Positions 11,251-24,953 of a stretch of DNA of 64,000 bases are shown piece after piece. Under the pieces are notes generated by a model. It saw nothing but the letters and a program-made list of their open reading frames with translations, did no database searches and was not told where the DNA came from. Position 1 is the stretch's first letter. Every line of letters begins with the position of its first letter. Where the stretch lies: the NCBI RefSeq assembly GCF_048593235.1, contig NC_133617.1:68409767-68473766 (forward strand), given 5' to 3'. This stretch comes from Sminthopsis crassicaudata. Its lineage: Eukaryota. Position numbers and translations under genes: made by a program.

Positions 11251-13064
11251 AAGTGGGCTGGCTTCCAAAATGATTGATATTTTTGAGATCCAATCAAGTT
11301 TACTTAAGAGTAGGGGGCAAGTTAGTATAATGACTGCTATGAATATAAACCAAACCCTGGCGAATAAAGAGTTGCTGAGGCTGGTCTTGTTTCATGACTG
11401 ATGTCCACAATAGCCACTCCTCTTTCAGCTGTTATACTGCCAAACAAAGTCAAAGGTTAAATGGCAGGGGCGGGACTTACTTGATTGATCTCAATCCGAA
11501 CAAATAGAAAGGAGATAAGAAAAATCAATTTTGATGGGAGCCAATGGAGAGATACCTGCATCAGGGCGGGCCAAACCTCCAGACGGCAGGCAAGAATTGG
11601 CTGAAGGAGAATGACTAACTGCTTTGCTGGCCAATGTGATAAAGGGCTCTTTTCCCTCCCTTGCGCTGTAGGAATCTGCTGGCGCCTGGGGTCTGCAGGG
11701 GAATTTGAGCACGTGGTCTGGGGCTACATGCCCTCAAATGAAGCCAGGCGTGGGATGCGAAACAGAGAAAACTCAGCATGTTGGGACACTAGTTCCCCAC
11801 CCCACAGACCGGGCACTCTAAGAGCCTTTGAGCCAGAAGTCTCTTTCTATGCTTAGTTAGCGTCTTGCACGTGGGTTGAAGGTCTCCAGATCCTCAAGCC
11901 CACCCCCTCCCAGTCTCCCTCTTCCTGGGCTATTCCATCCTCAAGGCTGTCCCCGGCCACCAGCTCTGGGCACAGAATTGACGAGCATTTAGTAGCGCGC
12001 TGGAAATCCAAGGGCAAAAGCTGAACGGGTGCTGCCCTTCGGGAGGTCACACACTTCACAGGAAGATACATTGTCTCTTTGAGCTTCCACCTATTGTTCC
12101 TAAATCTGCATGGGGCTCCCGCAGAATAGTCTGTTTCGCCTTTCACGTGACCGCTTGTGAATCCTAGAAGATGCTCTCTTGCCCCTCCTAGTTCTCTTCT
12201 CTAGCTTTAATTTCCTAAGTGTTTGCCTTGAGACCCTTTCTCTTACTGATTCCCTCTGAATGGCTTCTAGCACATCTGGCATTCTAGAATATCCATATTT
12301 TCTAGAAAGTGTTATAAATAACCAACATTCTAGGTGTGGTCTAACAGGGCAGAGGACGTCATCTCCCTAATCTTAGACGTGAGGCTTCTCTTGATGCAGC
12401 CTTATAAGAAAATATAACCCAAAGCAACCTGTTGATTCATGCTGAGTTTATAATCTGGAAAAACTCCAGATCTGTTTCAGACCATCAAGTTGTATCTCCC
12501 CCTCCCCCCAGTTTGTACTTTTGGAATTTGATTTTTTAAGCCAAGTATAACACTTTTACACTTTTCTCATTATATTCAACCTTTTAGAGTTGGCTGCACA
12601 ATCTAGCCGAGGGCCAGCAAAGCAGAGCCAGCAGGAGGATGCATCCAGTTTGTGCATGAGTTTAAAAATGATGGTTTATTTTAACAATAAAAATGTATTT
12701 ATTATTTTTAATATTTAATTTTTAAAAGGCAAAACCCAATGTTTTCTGGTAAACTCCCTTCACCTATCAAGATTGTTTTGAGTGTGTACTAAATCATTCC
12801 TGTTTTGTACTTTGTGCAAATATCTTAAGCCTGCCATCTTATGTCTTTATTCAAGTGAATGATGACAGCAGAAGGCCAAACACTGGAACCTGGGTGGCAG
12901 TATTTCATTGGAAACTTCTATCCAATGTGGTGTAAACTATTAAGGACTCTTGGGGTCTTGCTATTCAATGAATTCCAAATGTATTGTACTATCACTGATT
13001 GAATCCAGGTGGCTCCCTCCCTTCTTAAGAATAGCAGGTAAAAACTTGCCGGATGTTGCTTAAC

Positions 13065-13260
13065 GGGCTCAGCGGATAGAGGGCTGGGCCTGGAGTTAGA
13101 GCAAACCTGAATTCAAATCCAGACTCAGTCACTATGACCCTGATCGAGTCACCAAACCTTTGTTTGCTTTAACCAACTAGAAAAGGAAATGGCAAATCAT
13201 TCCAGTATCTTTGCCAAGGAAATCCCCTGCACAGTTATGATCCCTGGAGACTTGACTATA
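13065..13260 (+). mobile_element. Mar1-type CORE-SINE
   Basis: tRNA-like head plus tail aaggaaatggcaaatcattccagtatctttgccaagg. Confidence 0.7.
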
Positions 13261-14016
13261 CAATCACTGCTGAAACACTTTTGTGTCCACACAGGAACAG
13301 CTTGGGTCTTGATTGTGATTATAGTAATAGAAGAGTGGAGATAGACATTCTTGCCCTATGTAATGTAAATAGAAGACCCACGCCCCCAATTCTAGGTTTA
13401 AACAAGGTTTAACTAGGTGCAATAAGTCTTTAACCAATTTGAGGGAGAGTGAAGTACTTTGCCTCACTGGGCAAAAGCAGATAGCCCACATAGGAAATGT
13501 TTTATTCTGGTTGAAGAAAATCAGCCTAGTCCCTTTCTTCAGTCCCATGGTATTTTTTCCTTTCTTTGCAAAAGATTTGAAAGCTATTGATTATGGCTCA
13601 GCAATCATACCTTTCATCTGTGCCAGGTAGTCTGTACTCAAGGACAACCAAATGATCTCTTATTGTTTCCTGGTTAATCTTGGATTTTAACCTATTTTTA
13701 GGCAGTTCTTTCCAAACCAAGGAATTAATCAGAGAAAACAGAAGCAAACTTGCAGTTGTCATCACCTGATTTAACCCAAGCAGCTGTTTAAGTGGCCCCT
13801 TCTTTGATATTTCTGTTTCTTCAATATAACAAACAAGTCAACAAACTCTATGAGTAAACAATAACAACAAAATAAAAAAATCCACAAACTTTTTTTGGGC
13901 CCAAGCTGGCATCTCCAGTACTGGGTTTAGTTAGCAATCAATGTTTATTTAGCACTTATGATGTGCTAGGCATGATGCTAAGTACTGGGTACTCTAGTAA
14001 TAATGACATTATTCTT

Positions 14017-15848
14017 TTTATTTTTTATTAAAGCTTTTTATTTTCAAAACATATGCATGGACAATTTTTCAACATTAGCCCTTGCAAAACCTTGTGTTCC
14101 AATTTTTTCCTCCTTTCCCCCATCCCTGCCTCCAGACAGCAAGTAATCCAGTATATGTTAAACATGGTAAAAAATATATGTTAAATACAATATATGCATA
14201 CATATTTATATAATTATCTTGCTGCACAAGAAAAATCAGATCAAAAAAAAAAGAGAAAATAAAATGTAAGCAAACAACAAAAAGAGTGAAAATGTTGTGA
14301 TGCATACTCAGTCCCTACACTCCTCTCTCTGGGTACAGATGGCTCTCTTCATCACTGAACAATTGGAATTGGCCTGAATCATCTCATTGTTGAAGAGAGC
14401 CAAGTACATCAGAATTGTTCATTGTATAACCTTGCTGTTGCCATGTGTAATGATCTTCTGGTTCTACTCATTTCACTTTGCATCAGTTCATGTATGTCTC
14501 TCCAGATCTCTCTGAAATCATCCTACTGGTCGTTTCTTACAGAACAAAAATATTCGATAACATTTATTCAGCCATTTTCCAACTGATGGGCATCCACTCA
14601 GTTTTCAGTTTCAGGCCACTACAAAAAGAGCTGCCACAAACATTTTGGCACATACAGGTCCCTTTCCCTCCTTTAAGATTTCTTTAGGATATAATCCCAG
14701 ATATCTTCAACATAAAGAAGATCCAACTCACTTCCAGCTGAACAATGATGGACAGAAACAACTACACCCAGAGAAGGAACACTGGGAAGTGAATGTAAAT
14801 TGTTAGCACTACTGTCTATCTACCCAGGTTACTTATACCTTCGGAATCTAATACTTAACGTGCAACAAGAAAATTGGATTTACACACATATGTATCTAGG
14901 TTATACGGTAACACATGTAAAATGTATGGGATTGCCTGTCATCTAGGGGAGGGAGTAGAGGGAGGGAGGGGATAATTTGGAAAAATGAATACAAGGGATA
15001 ATGTTATTTTAAAAAAAATTACTCATGCATATATACTGTCAAAAATTTTTTTATAATTATAAAAAAAAAAAAAAAAAAAAAAGGATATAATCCCAGTAGG
15101 AAAACTGCTGGATCAAAGAGTATGCCCAGTTTGATAATTTTTTGTGCATAGTTCCAAATTGCTCTTCAGAATGGTTGGATTTGTTCACAACTCTACCAAC
15201 AATGTATCAGTGTCCCAATTTTCCCACATCCCCTCCAATATTCATCACTATTTTTTTTTCTGTCATCTTAACTAATCTGAGAGGTATGTAGTGGTACCTC
15301 AGAATTGTCTTAATTTGCATTTCTCTGATCAATGTGATTTAGAGCACCTTTTAGAAATGGTTTCTTCATTGGAAAATTGTCTGTTCACATCCTTTGACCA
15401 AGTATCAATTGGACAACGGCTTGAATTCTTACAAATTTGAGTCATTTCTCTATATATTTTAGAAAAGAGGCCTTTATCAGAACTTTTGACTGTAAAAATG
15501 TTTTCCCAGTTTATTGCTTTCCTTCGAATCTTAACTGTATTAGTTTTGTTTGTATAAAACTTTTTTAACTTAATAAAATCAACATTATCTATTTTGTGTT
15601 CAATAATGATCTCTAGTTCTTCTTTGGCCACAAATTCCTCCCTTCTCCACAAATCTTAGAGATAAACTATCCTTTGTTTTTCTAATTTGCTTTTAATATC
15701 ACTCTTTAGGTCTAAATCAAGGACCCATTTCAATCTTATCTTGGTATGTGGTGTAAGGTGTGGATCAATGCCTAGTTTCTGCCATACTAGTTTCCAATTT
15801 TCCCAGCAGTTTTTGTCAAATAATGAGTTCTTATCTCAAAAGCTGGGG
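14017..15848 (-). mobile_element. 5'-truncated L1 (ORF2 C-terminus and 3'UTR) with 15-bp TSD, interrupted by a younger L1
   Basis: TSD aatgacattattctt at 14002-14016 and 15849-15863; ORF 15329-15652 is L1 ORF2-like (IKLKKFYTNK...WENIF...DKGL.SKIYRE). Confidence 0.92.
14701..15081 (+). mobile_element. Young 5'-truncated L1 3' end with polyA tail and 15-bp TSD
   Basis: TSD aggatataatcccag at 14686-14700 and 15082-15096; A-tail from about 15060. Confidence 0.92.
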
Positions 15849-15940
15849 AATGACATTATTCTTATGGAAACAAGCCAAGTTTTTTTATTCATCCCTTCTC
15901 TCTATCTTCTGTAAAAACCTTTTTAAAAATCAAAGTTGAT

Positions 15941-16086
15941 TTTTTTTTTTAGCTGAAACAATTGAAGTTAAGTGACTTATCCAGGGTCACACAGCTAGGA
16001 AGCATCAAGTGTCTGAAGTCAAATTTAAACACAGAGTCTTCTTACTTCAAGGTTGGTGCTTTAGCTACTGAGCCATCTAGTTGACC
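15941..16086 (-). mobile_element. WSINE1-type SINE
   Basis: ttaagtgacttatccagggtcacacagctaggaag...gccatctagttgacc. Confidence 0.8.
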
Positions 16087-16719
16087 TAATTTAAATTGAT
16101 TTTGAACTCATATGCTTCAACACAACTCTTTAGACAATTCTCCTGAATTATTTTTTATGTCTTCAGATTTTGATTCTTAAGAGCTTCCCTTTCTTCCTGG
16201 ACTGGCTTACCCTATAGAACTTTAATCAAGGAAGTCCTCAGTTTCTTTTATCTTTTATCTAAATCCTTTGAAATCTTCTCTCTCCAAATCTAGAGTGAAT
16301 GGGAAATTATTTCTCAGTTTCCTATCTTCTATCATGTTAATATGGAATGATCTCTTCCCCTCATTTGATGGTCACTCCCATCATTTCCTTGTTGATTTAA
16401 GTCATATGCAAAATGGTTTTACTATAACCCTGGGCTTCTCAAACTCTGGGTAACAAAGACTGAGCCTAATATCATGGACTTCCCTGAAAAACTCACTATT
16501 TTTCTTTGTGAATATCCAAATATAGCTTGTATGTGTATATATTTCTACAAATGTGGGTAACTATCCCAGCTCCCATATAAGTACTTAAGATAACATACAT
16601 CCCTTGGTTGAAGGCAGCCTTTATTTCAACACACACATTTGCAAGATTGGCAATCAGTAGACATCCATGAATTTAATTACCATCTCTATGCTAATTATTG
16701 TCAGATATACTTATATAGT

Positions 16720-17500
16720 TCCAATCTCTGCTGACCCATAAATTCACATCTCCAATTGCTTTTAGACATCTCAAAAAATGTCTGTAGACATCTTAAATTC
16801 ACTATGTTCAAAATGAAATCTTTCCCCCACACTTTCTCCTCCTACCCCTCCTACCTTTTCTATTGCTATTCTATGCAATATCATTTTCCCCTCTCGCATG
16901 CTCATAATGAGGGGTCATCATCAATTCTTCACCATCTCTCTCTCTTCCTCCTATCTAATGTGTTGATTTTACCTTTGCAATATCTCTCAAAGGTGCCCCC
17001 TTGTCTCCTTTGACAGTATCACCACTCAAGCAGACGCCTTTATCACCCTTATCACCTGGATTATTGTAAGAGCTTGTGAGACTGCCCATCTCATCTCTCT
17101 CTCAGCTCCAACCTATCCTCCATTCAATTACTAAAGTGATTTTCCTAATACACAGGTCTGATCATGTCATATCCCTGCCCCCAGATAAATAGGATCAAAT
17201 ATCAAATGCTCTGTTTGGCATCCAAAACTCTTTATAACACAGTCTTTTATATTTTGCTTCCCAACATGTGCTCTTCAATCTAGTGTCCCTAGTTGTTCTC
17301 TAGGAGCAAGATCCTCAATCTTGTCTCTGGTCATTTCCTTTAACTGTTTTCCTCTCCCACTCTCAACCCCATACTTGGAACATCTCTCCTATGGTTGACT
17401 ATGGCTCTCCCTGGTCTCCTTTAAGCTCCAATTAAATTCCTATATTCTAAAGGAAGCCTTTTAATTTTAAAGCTTCCCCTAAGTTAATTATTTCCTATTT
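16720..17500 (+). mobile_element. L2 LINE 3' fragment
   Basis: ctccaattgcttttagacatctc...catcttaaattcactatgttcaaaatgaa resembles the L2 3' region. Confidence 0.7.
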
Positions 17501-18859
17501 ATCCTATTTATATTATTATATTTTATGGTATTGTTATACTATCACATATTTATTATATTATTATATATTTTATCTATTAAAAAAGACAAAGTCACTCACC
17601 ATTCCTATTTTTTTTCTTTTTGAATAAAATGCAACAAATGTAATTGCAGTGAGTTTCAGTATTTTTCTTTAGTTTTGTTAGGTAACAAAGAGATGGCGAT
17701 TGAAGTGGAAAGATTCAATTATCACCAAGGACCAGATCTAAGGGTTTCAACAGGTCATAAACCCCATCTATAATGTAAAATGCTATCTTTTTGTGGTGGT
17801 CTGTCTCCATCTCTATCTCTTTGTCTTTCTCCATCCTTGCCTCTCTTGATGAGCAACCACATCATAACAGGTAGCGTAGTGGAAGATCCGGGACAGGTGG
17901 ACAAAAATAAAGACAAACAGGCAATCAGAGACAGTTAGAAATGGGAAGAATATGCCAGAAGACAAAACAAGACAGCAGTGCTTGTCGGGAGTAACATAGG
18001 TTCTGTTGGAAATATTCCAGATGCCCTACAACTATCATAAGATACTATTGGGTTATCAATTATTCTTACAGCACTTGGTGGAGGACCAGTATTCATCAAC
18101 TGGTGAAACTATTCCCTTTCCTCTTTTTGTGATGTTGATATTGGTGCAAATTTGTTATTCTCCTCTACAAATGACCTTTGAGAGAATATTCTCCCTTGGA
18201 AAAAGGAACGTTGAAAATTTATTTCTTAATGGGAGAGGATACAAATGCTGGGATATTTGGATCTCAGAATTCCCTAGAAGCAGCAGGTTTCCAGTTGCTA
18301 AGGAGATCAAATGTGGCAATTAAAATGTCTTTTTGTTCTAATTAATAAATTAACTTTAAGCTGTAATGTGAATGTGTGGTCCTTGAGGATTGGAGGGAGT
18401 TAAGACTCCATTAGATGGGGACTGAGTAATTTTGGTAAACTTCAGAATCAGTGATGATCCTCTTCAAACTTTCCACCCTAGATTTACCAAGAAAAGATAG
18501 AATTTAAGATAGAATCAGCTTCAATGTTGAAAAATTGCCCATGCATATGTATTGTAAATAAAAAGCTTTAATAAAAATTTTTTTTAAAAGATATTACCTG
18601 CTGATTTCGAAGTCACTGGTAGGTTGGGCAAGCCAGTCTTTCTGATTGGCACAGAAGTCCTGGCTGGCAATCCACATTCCTACATGAGCCAGGACTGAGA
18701 CCCGATAGCCAGAACCTGGTGCTCCACCTGGTGGCACATGCAGAAACTCCATACTGAATAAACCCTGCAATCCACCTGCTATGTTCTTCCTGAAATCCAT
18801 TCAAGGCAGGTGTTCCTGTGAAGTATAAAAATACTGTGCCTTACAAAAGTATATCCTTC

Positions 18860-19020
18860 TAGAACCATATTCCAGTAATGAGTTTCATCCTGCCAAGTCT
18901 CAACGATTCCTAAGGGATCAAATTTGCTTCCATGCAATGGGATATCCACTTCCTTTTATTTGTCATTCACATATTGTACATTTGAAGCCAGAGTTTTATT
19001 AACTGCTACTTTCTAGGATT
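18860..19020 (-). mobile_element. CR1/L3 LINE ORF2 endonuclease N-terminus (decayed)
   Basis: Minus translation ASNVQYVNDK*KEVDIPLHGSKFDPLGIVETWQDETHYWNMVLEGYTFVR matches the CR1 APE motif (N..S..NK..EL......D.IGITETW.DE.HDWN...EGY). Confidence 0.75.
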
Positions 19021-20189
19021 TTGTCTCCTGTGAACTTCTAGGTGTCTCTATTTGTTGTTCCTACATCATATCTATATTCAGTTATATCTACTTTGATGGA
19101 GTCTTATAAATAATTATTTCCCTCTTTCCTTTCTATTCAAGATTTTTGAATGGATTTGCAGGACTGTCAGCAAACATTTTTATCAACCCTTATTTAGGAG
19201 TACTCTATCCCTGTCTTGTCTGCATTTTAAGGCATAATATGGAAATTAAAATCTCATTATCATATGCCATCTTTTTAAAATGAAAACATATACATTTTAT
19301 TTTGAAAATATCACTCACATACACTGTAATTAAGAATATCAATGGACCATTCATAAGCACAGGTATATCTGTGCTATTAACATTATCTCTTCTTGCATAT
19401 AACTTATAGCAACAAGGCTTCTTTTCAACAAATTTTGAATTTACTTGAGGAATAGGAATTTTAGGTAAAAAAAAAAAGGTTTTTTAAAATTTTTGAAATT
19501 TTACCCATCCTAAATAGTATTGTGGATAGTGGTGGGCTAACAGTCAGGAAAATAAAAATTCAAATCAAATGACTGACAATTGCTAGTTGTGACCACAGAA
19601 AAGTCATCCAAACTCTCTGTACCTCAATGTCAAAGGTTATTAACTGTATTCCCAATGGCAAATCAACAAGAGAACTCAATAAAGATATTATGTTTAGAGA
19701 ATTATTCTGAAATTTATTTTCACAGATTAATTATATAGATATAATGAGGAGGCTTTAAATAGCACAAAGGACTTGGTGTTTTGGTACCACGTAGCAATTC
19801 CTGATTTATGCCATCTTAAAAAATTTAGTAATGCATTTTCCTTTTTATACACCAAAAAATTCAATCAATCAATCAATAAACAAGCAGCAACTTTGTGGTG
19901 CACATTATGCTAGTTAGGTTTAGAATCATATAAATATAAAAGTGAAACAGTGTCTGCTCTAAAGGAACTTATATTCTACTGTCAATATGATATTGACAAA
20001 ATTAAATACCAAGCAAACTTCTTTATAACGTATAATTCCTGGTGGGGGAAAGTAATATGAATTATTATTATTAGAAAAGGCCATAGGATCATAGATTTAG
20101 AGGTAAAAGGGGCTTAGAAGTCCTCTAGTTCAACCCTGAGGTCCAGAGCCATGTATCCTTTGGCAAAATGATCTTAATGTTGATCATTA

Positions 20190-22900
20190 AATTCCACCAG
20201 AGCATGATTGCCTGTTCATTCTTGGTTCACTTGTATTGTTGTAGTCACTGTGGATATTATTCTTTGGGCTCTGCTTTCTTAATCTGCATTTAGAGTAATC
20301 TTTTATTTTAAAATATTTATTTTTTAAATTAAATTCTAAATAAGAAAAAAACAAAACAAAAATACAGAAAAAGGAAAATTAAAAAACAACAACAAAATAC
20401 TGTCATGTACCCAGTAGAATTTCAGGGAAGATTCAATGTATATTACAATAAATTTCAATTTCAAGAATAGCATATAAAATTATAAAAGACATTATATTCA
20501 TTTTCTTTGCTTCCTTGAAGATTATTTTTTTGTTTTCTGCTGTGCACTTTTTACTTTATTCTTTTTTTCCACTTTTATTCCCTGTACCTCTCCCAAGAAA
20601 GCTAGAGTTAAGCATGGATGTATGTGTGTGTATATGTACATGTATATCTATATATACAGATACACATACTTACATACATGGGGTACACATGCACACACTT
20701 ACACACACTAGGCATGCATCTAAAACAACATTAATATGGCTGGCATATAATATAGATTTCTTTCTTGAGTGAATCTTTTTAAGATTGATTTTGCAATCAA
20801 AGATTACTAGCTCTACTTTTTTTTTTAATAAATTCTGTTCCTGTTCCTTGTTATTATGTTTCTATATATTTCTTATTTCCTATCCCTGATAACTTTTTTA
20901 CTCTAGTTCTACTTCTTAACTTGCCTTATTACTTAACCTTCTCCCACCATGGATTCCTCCTTTATCATCTCTCTTCATCCTTTCCCTCCCTCTTTATCCC
21001 ATTCCAATTAATCTAACTATCCTTCTGTACCCCATCTTATTCCTTCCCCTCTTACCTTTGTAGATTTTGAAGGATGCTATATCCTTCATAGCATATGTAA
21101 GTATACAAATATGTATACACACACACACATATATATATGTATTGTTCCCTATTTAACCCATTCCCAATGTAAGTTTTCAGAACTACCAGCCTTCCTCCCC
21201 CATCTAAAGTTTCTGTGTCAGTTTTTCCTTTGCACCTGATTTGTATAGCATAATTACTATTTTTACCTTTTCCAGACAAGTTTACTTTTTAGAGTCACAT
21301 AATCAGCTCTGCCCCAATTTTTTTTAATTACTCAGTTACTGATCTTAATCTTAGATGTATAGTTTATATTTCTATGTATATAAAACATAGAGTTCATTCT
21401 TGTTGAATCCCTTAAAATTTGTATTTGATGTTGGTTCTTATATGTTAAATTTTCTATTGAGCTCATGTTTGTGACAAAATCTTGAAATTTGGTGAGTTTA
21501 TTGAATATCCTTTTTTTTTTCATTTAATATTATGCTTAGTTTTATTGGATATGATATTTTTGGCTTCAGACCTGTTGTTTTGATCGTCAATGTATAATGC
21601 CTGTGGTCTTTTATTGTACTTGCTGATAAATCTTGTACAATTTTAATTGTGGCTCCACACATATTTGAAATGGGTTTTTTGTTTGTTTGTTTTGTTCTTG
21701 TAAAATTTTCTCTTTGATCTGGGGGTTTTAAAATTTAGTAATAAACTTCCTATGTGTTTTCCTTGTAGGATCTCTTTGAGGTGGGGATCAGTGGATTTTC
21801 TTTCTATTTCTACTTTCTCCTTTTGTTTTATCAATTCCGGATAATTTTCTTTGGTTATTTCTTCTAATATTGTGTCAAGGTTCTCTTTTTTTTGATCACA
21901 GCTTTCAGATAGTCTAATTTTTCAATATTCTCTTCTTGATCTTGGTCTTGATCTTCAGATCTGCTGTTTTCCTAATATTTCACATTCTTTTCTATTTTTT
22001 TTTCATTTTTCATATTTCACTGATTTCCTTCCCCAATTTTTACAGAACTATTTTCTTCTTTAAGTCTCTGTATCTCTTCGAGTTTATTGATTTTCTTATC
22101 ATAATCTTCGTGGTTTTGTAGATGGTTCTTATTTACTTTAAAAAGTTTTTCCTCAATCTCTCTTTTTTGAGTTTGACTTTTTTGTGTTCTTCTATAAATT
22201 CTTTCTGGGCAGCTAACTATTTAACTTTATTCTTTGGGGCAGAAGATTTTTTTTTTTTTTTTTTTTACTTCACTGTCCTCTGAAGATGAACCCCTTTCTT
22301 CCCTATTCCCATAGTAATTTTCTATGGTTGGATTTTTTTCTCCTTTGCCTGCTCATTTTAAAAAATGAGAACTTATTAGTGTAACCACTTCTAATTCTGG
22401 GGTTCAGGGAGAATGGTTCCTCTGGCTTGATTTTAGTTCTACCCTCTGATCCGGAACCCTCAAATTCTACCCTCCTATAAGTGCCTGCAGCCAACAATGT
22501 CTCTACCCCCACTGCTTCTGAACTCATCTTGCTTGTGCTGGTTCCCCTCACCTGTCTTTCCAAACTCAGATTCCTGATTCCCCTCACAATCCAAAAGGTG
22601 AAATTTCCCTGCTTGCTGTTTCTGCAGAGTTAGCTTGGAATTATTTACACTTACACCAGTTAAACCTCCATCTAGGGTCATCTCAGGTTGTTTCAGGAGG
22701 GTCTCTGTTCTGCCCCAAATTTGTTTTGTTTTTTACAGGTCTATATTCACTCTAAGGTGCAATTTTGTTTTATTTTTGAGGGAAATCTGGAGAGCTTGGA
22801 ATTTTCTGACTTATTCCACCACCTTCCCAGAATCCTCCCCAGTCTAATCTTTATTTTTAAATTTTTTTCCTCAGACTAATCTTAATGAGCCATTCCCTTC
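20190..22900 (-). mobile_element. Degraded L1 5' half (5'UTR, ORF1 and inter-ORF spacer)
   Basis: ORF 21643-21834 (KQKEKVEIERKS...) and neighbouring frames are L1 ORF1-like; boundaries approximate. Confidence 0.65.
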
Positions 22901-23744
22901 TGAGATCCGCTGGGTAATATATTTGATAGAACTATGAGCTCCAGATTCAGGAAGTCATGAGTTCAAATCCTGCCTCAGGTACTTATCTGTGTGATGCTTG
23001 TTTCAATTTGCTCAGCTGGAAGATGGAGATAGTAAATGGGCTCACCTCCCAGATTTATTGTGAAGTTCAAAGGAGTTCCTGCCACCTATCAGGCATGGAA
23101 TAAATGTTTCCTCCTTGTCTTCAGTAGGCAACAATAAGGAAAACCCCACCTATCCCCCTTCAATTTATTGTTTAAATTTCATTAATATTAAACAATCCTT
23201 TCTGAGTTTTTCCTGACATTGAATTGACTGCAGTATCACATGGCTGAGAATGTACATATACATATAAAGCCCAAAAAAAGAGTACTTGTGAACCAATCAG
23301 AAAAGCTCCAGAGGCCTTCATATATAAGCTGAGCCAAGACAATATCATCAGATAAAAATTAATTCTCTATAAGGAGTCACTTACTATCACCATACCATCC
23401 TGTTTCCCTGATCCTTGTGAATGACCTTTCATCAGTCAATCAGTCAGTCAGTCAAAAAACATTTATTAAGTGCTTAGTATGTGCAAAGCACTGTGCTTTA
23501 ACACTATATAAAAAGAAGGGCAAAAAACAATCCCTTGCCTCAAAACAATCCCTTGCCTCCATGAGCTCACAATATAATGAAGATATAAGAAATAAACACA
23601 CATATATAAGCAGCTATTTATAGGATAAATAAGAATTTGAAATACTATTCCATCATATTCATATACCAAAACTTGTTCAGCCATTTCCCAATAGATAGGC
23701 ATTCCCTCAGTTCTTTGCTAACACGAAAAAGACCAGCTATAAAT

Positions 23745-24377
23745 TGTAATATTCTTTCTAAAATGTAATGTTCTCTTGTTGGGTTTTCTTGGGGTCTCTG
23801 GGAGCAGCCTTCATTTCAGTTCAGTAATCACCAAAAGTGCAGCCAGGGGTTAAAGTCCAAATCCTTTATTGTCTTTTTCAAAGTCCTATATCCTTCATTT
23901 GGGGCTCCACTAGTTTTCTGGAGGCCTTTCTATTTCCTTGGTTCCAAGAGCTTGAGCTCTTGCTTGCCTTCTCTGGCTTCTGAATCTCCCCGAAATCAAA
24001 GGTTTGTGCTTTAGCCTCCAGCCACAGCAAAAGTCGAAGATGGAATGAATCTGTTTCAACCTCAGAGAGCTTCCAGTGCTCTTATCTTTTTGGCCCTGAG
24101 AGCTTCTAGTTTATGTGCCCCACACTGAGTATAAACCAATCATTATATCACTAGTAAACCATTATTTGTTATAGGATTAAATCAATGCTAAATTAGATTT
24201 AACCATAGTCTCCTCAATTCTACTTGTTTCAAGTTCTGGCCCATAACATCACCTTGTAGGATTAAATCAATCATACTGAATCATGCTAAATTAGATAACT
24301 ATTGTCTCTATCAATTCCACTGACTTAGTACCTTGTAAGAATCCTTTGTTTGAAGTTCAGAGTTCTGGCCCATAACA
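23745..24377 (-). mobile_element. Solo ERV LTR
   Basis: TG...CA termini; AATAAA on the minus strand near 23864; CCAAT/TATA-like core near 24130; internal direct repeats; TSD not resolved. Confidence 0.7.
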
Positions 24378-24389
24378 ATAACAATTTTT

Positions 24390-24953
24390 NNNNNNNNNNN
24401 NNNNNNNNNNNNNNNNNNNNNNNNNNNNNNNNNNNNNNNNNNNNNNNNNNNNNNNNNNNNNNNNNNNNNNNNNNNNNNNNNNNNNNNNNNNNNNNNNNNN
24501 NNNNNNNNNNNNNNNNNNNNNNNNNNNNNNNNNNNNNNNNNNNNNNNNNNNNNNNNNNNNNNNNNNNNNNNNNNNNNNNNNNNNNNNNNNNNNNNNNNNN
24601 NNNNNNNNNNNNNNNNNNNNNNNNNNNNNNNNNNNNNNNNNNNNNNNNNNNNNNNNNNNNNNNNNNNNNNNNNNNNNNNNNNNNNNNNNNNNNNNNNNNN
24701 NNNNNNNNNNNNNNNNNNNNNNNNNNNNNNNNNNNNNNNNNNNNNNNNNNNNNNNNNNNNNNNNNNNNNNNNNNNNNNNNNNNNNNNNNNNNNNNNNNNN
24801 NNNNNNNNNNNNNNNNNNNNNNNNNNNNNNNNNNNNNNNNNNNNNNNNNNNNNNNNNNNNNNNNNNNNNNNNNNNNNNNNNNNNNNNNNNNNNNNNNNNN
24901 NNNNNNNNNNNNNNNNNNNNNNNNNNNNNNNNNNNNNNNNNNNNNNNNNNNNN
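24390..24953. other. Assembly gap (N-run)
   Basis: Run of n. Confidence 1.

Noticed and set aside
23524-23559. 18-bp tandem duplication aaaacaatcccttgcctc
   Set aside because: Ordinary slippage duplication within an L2 tail.
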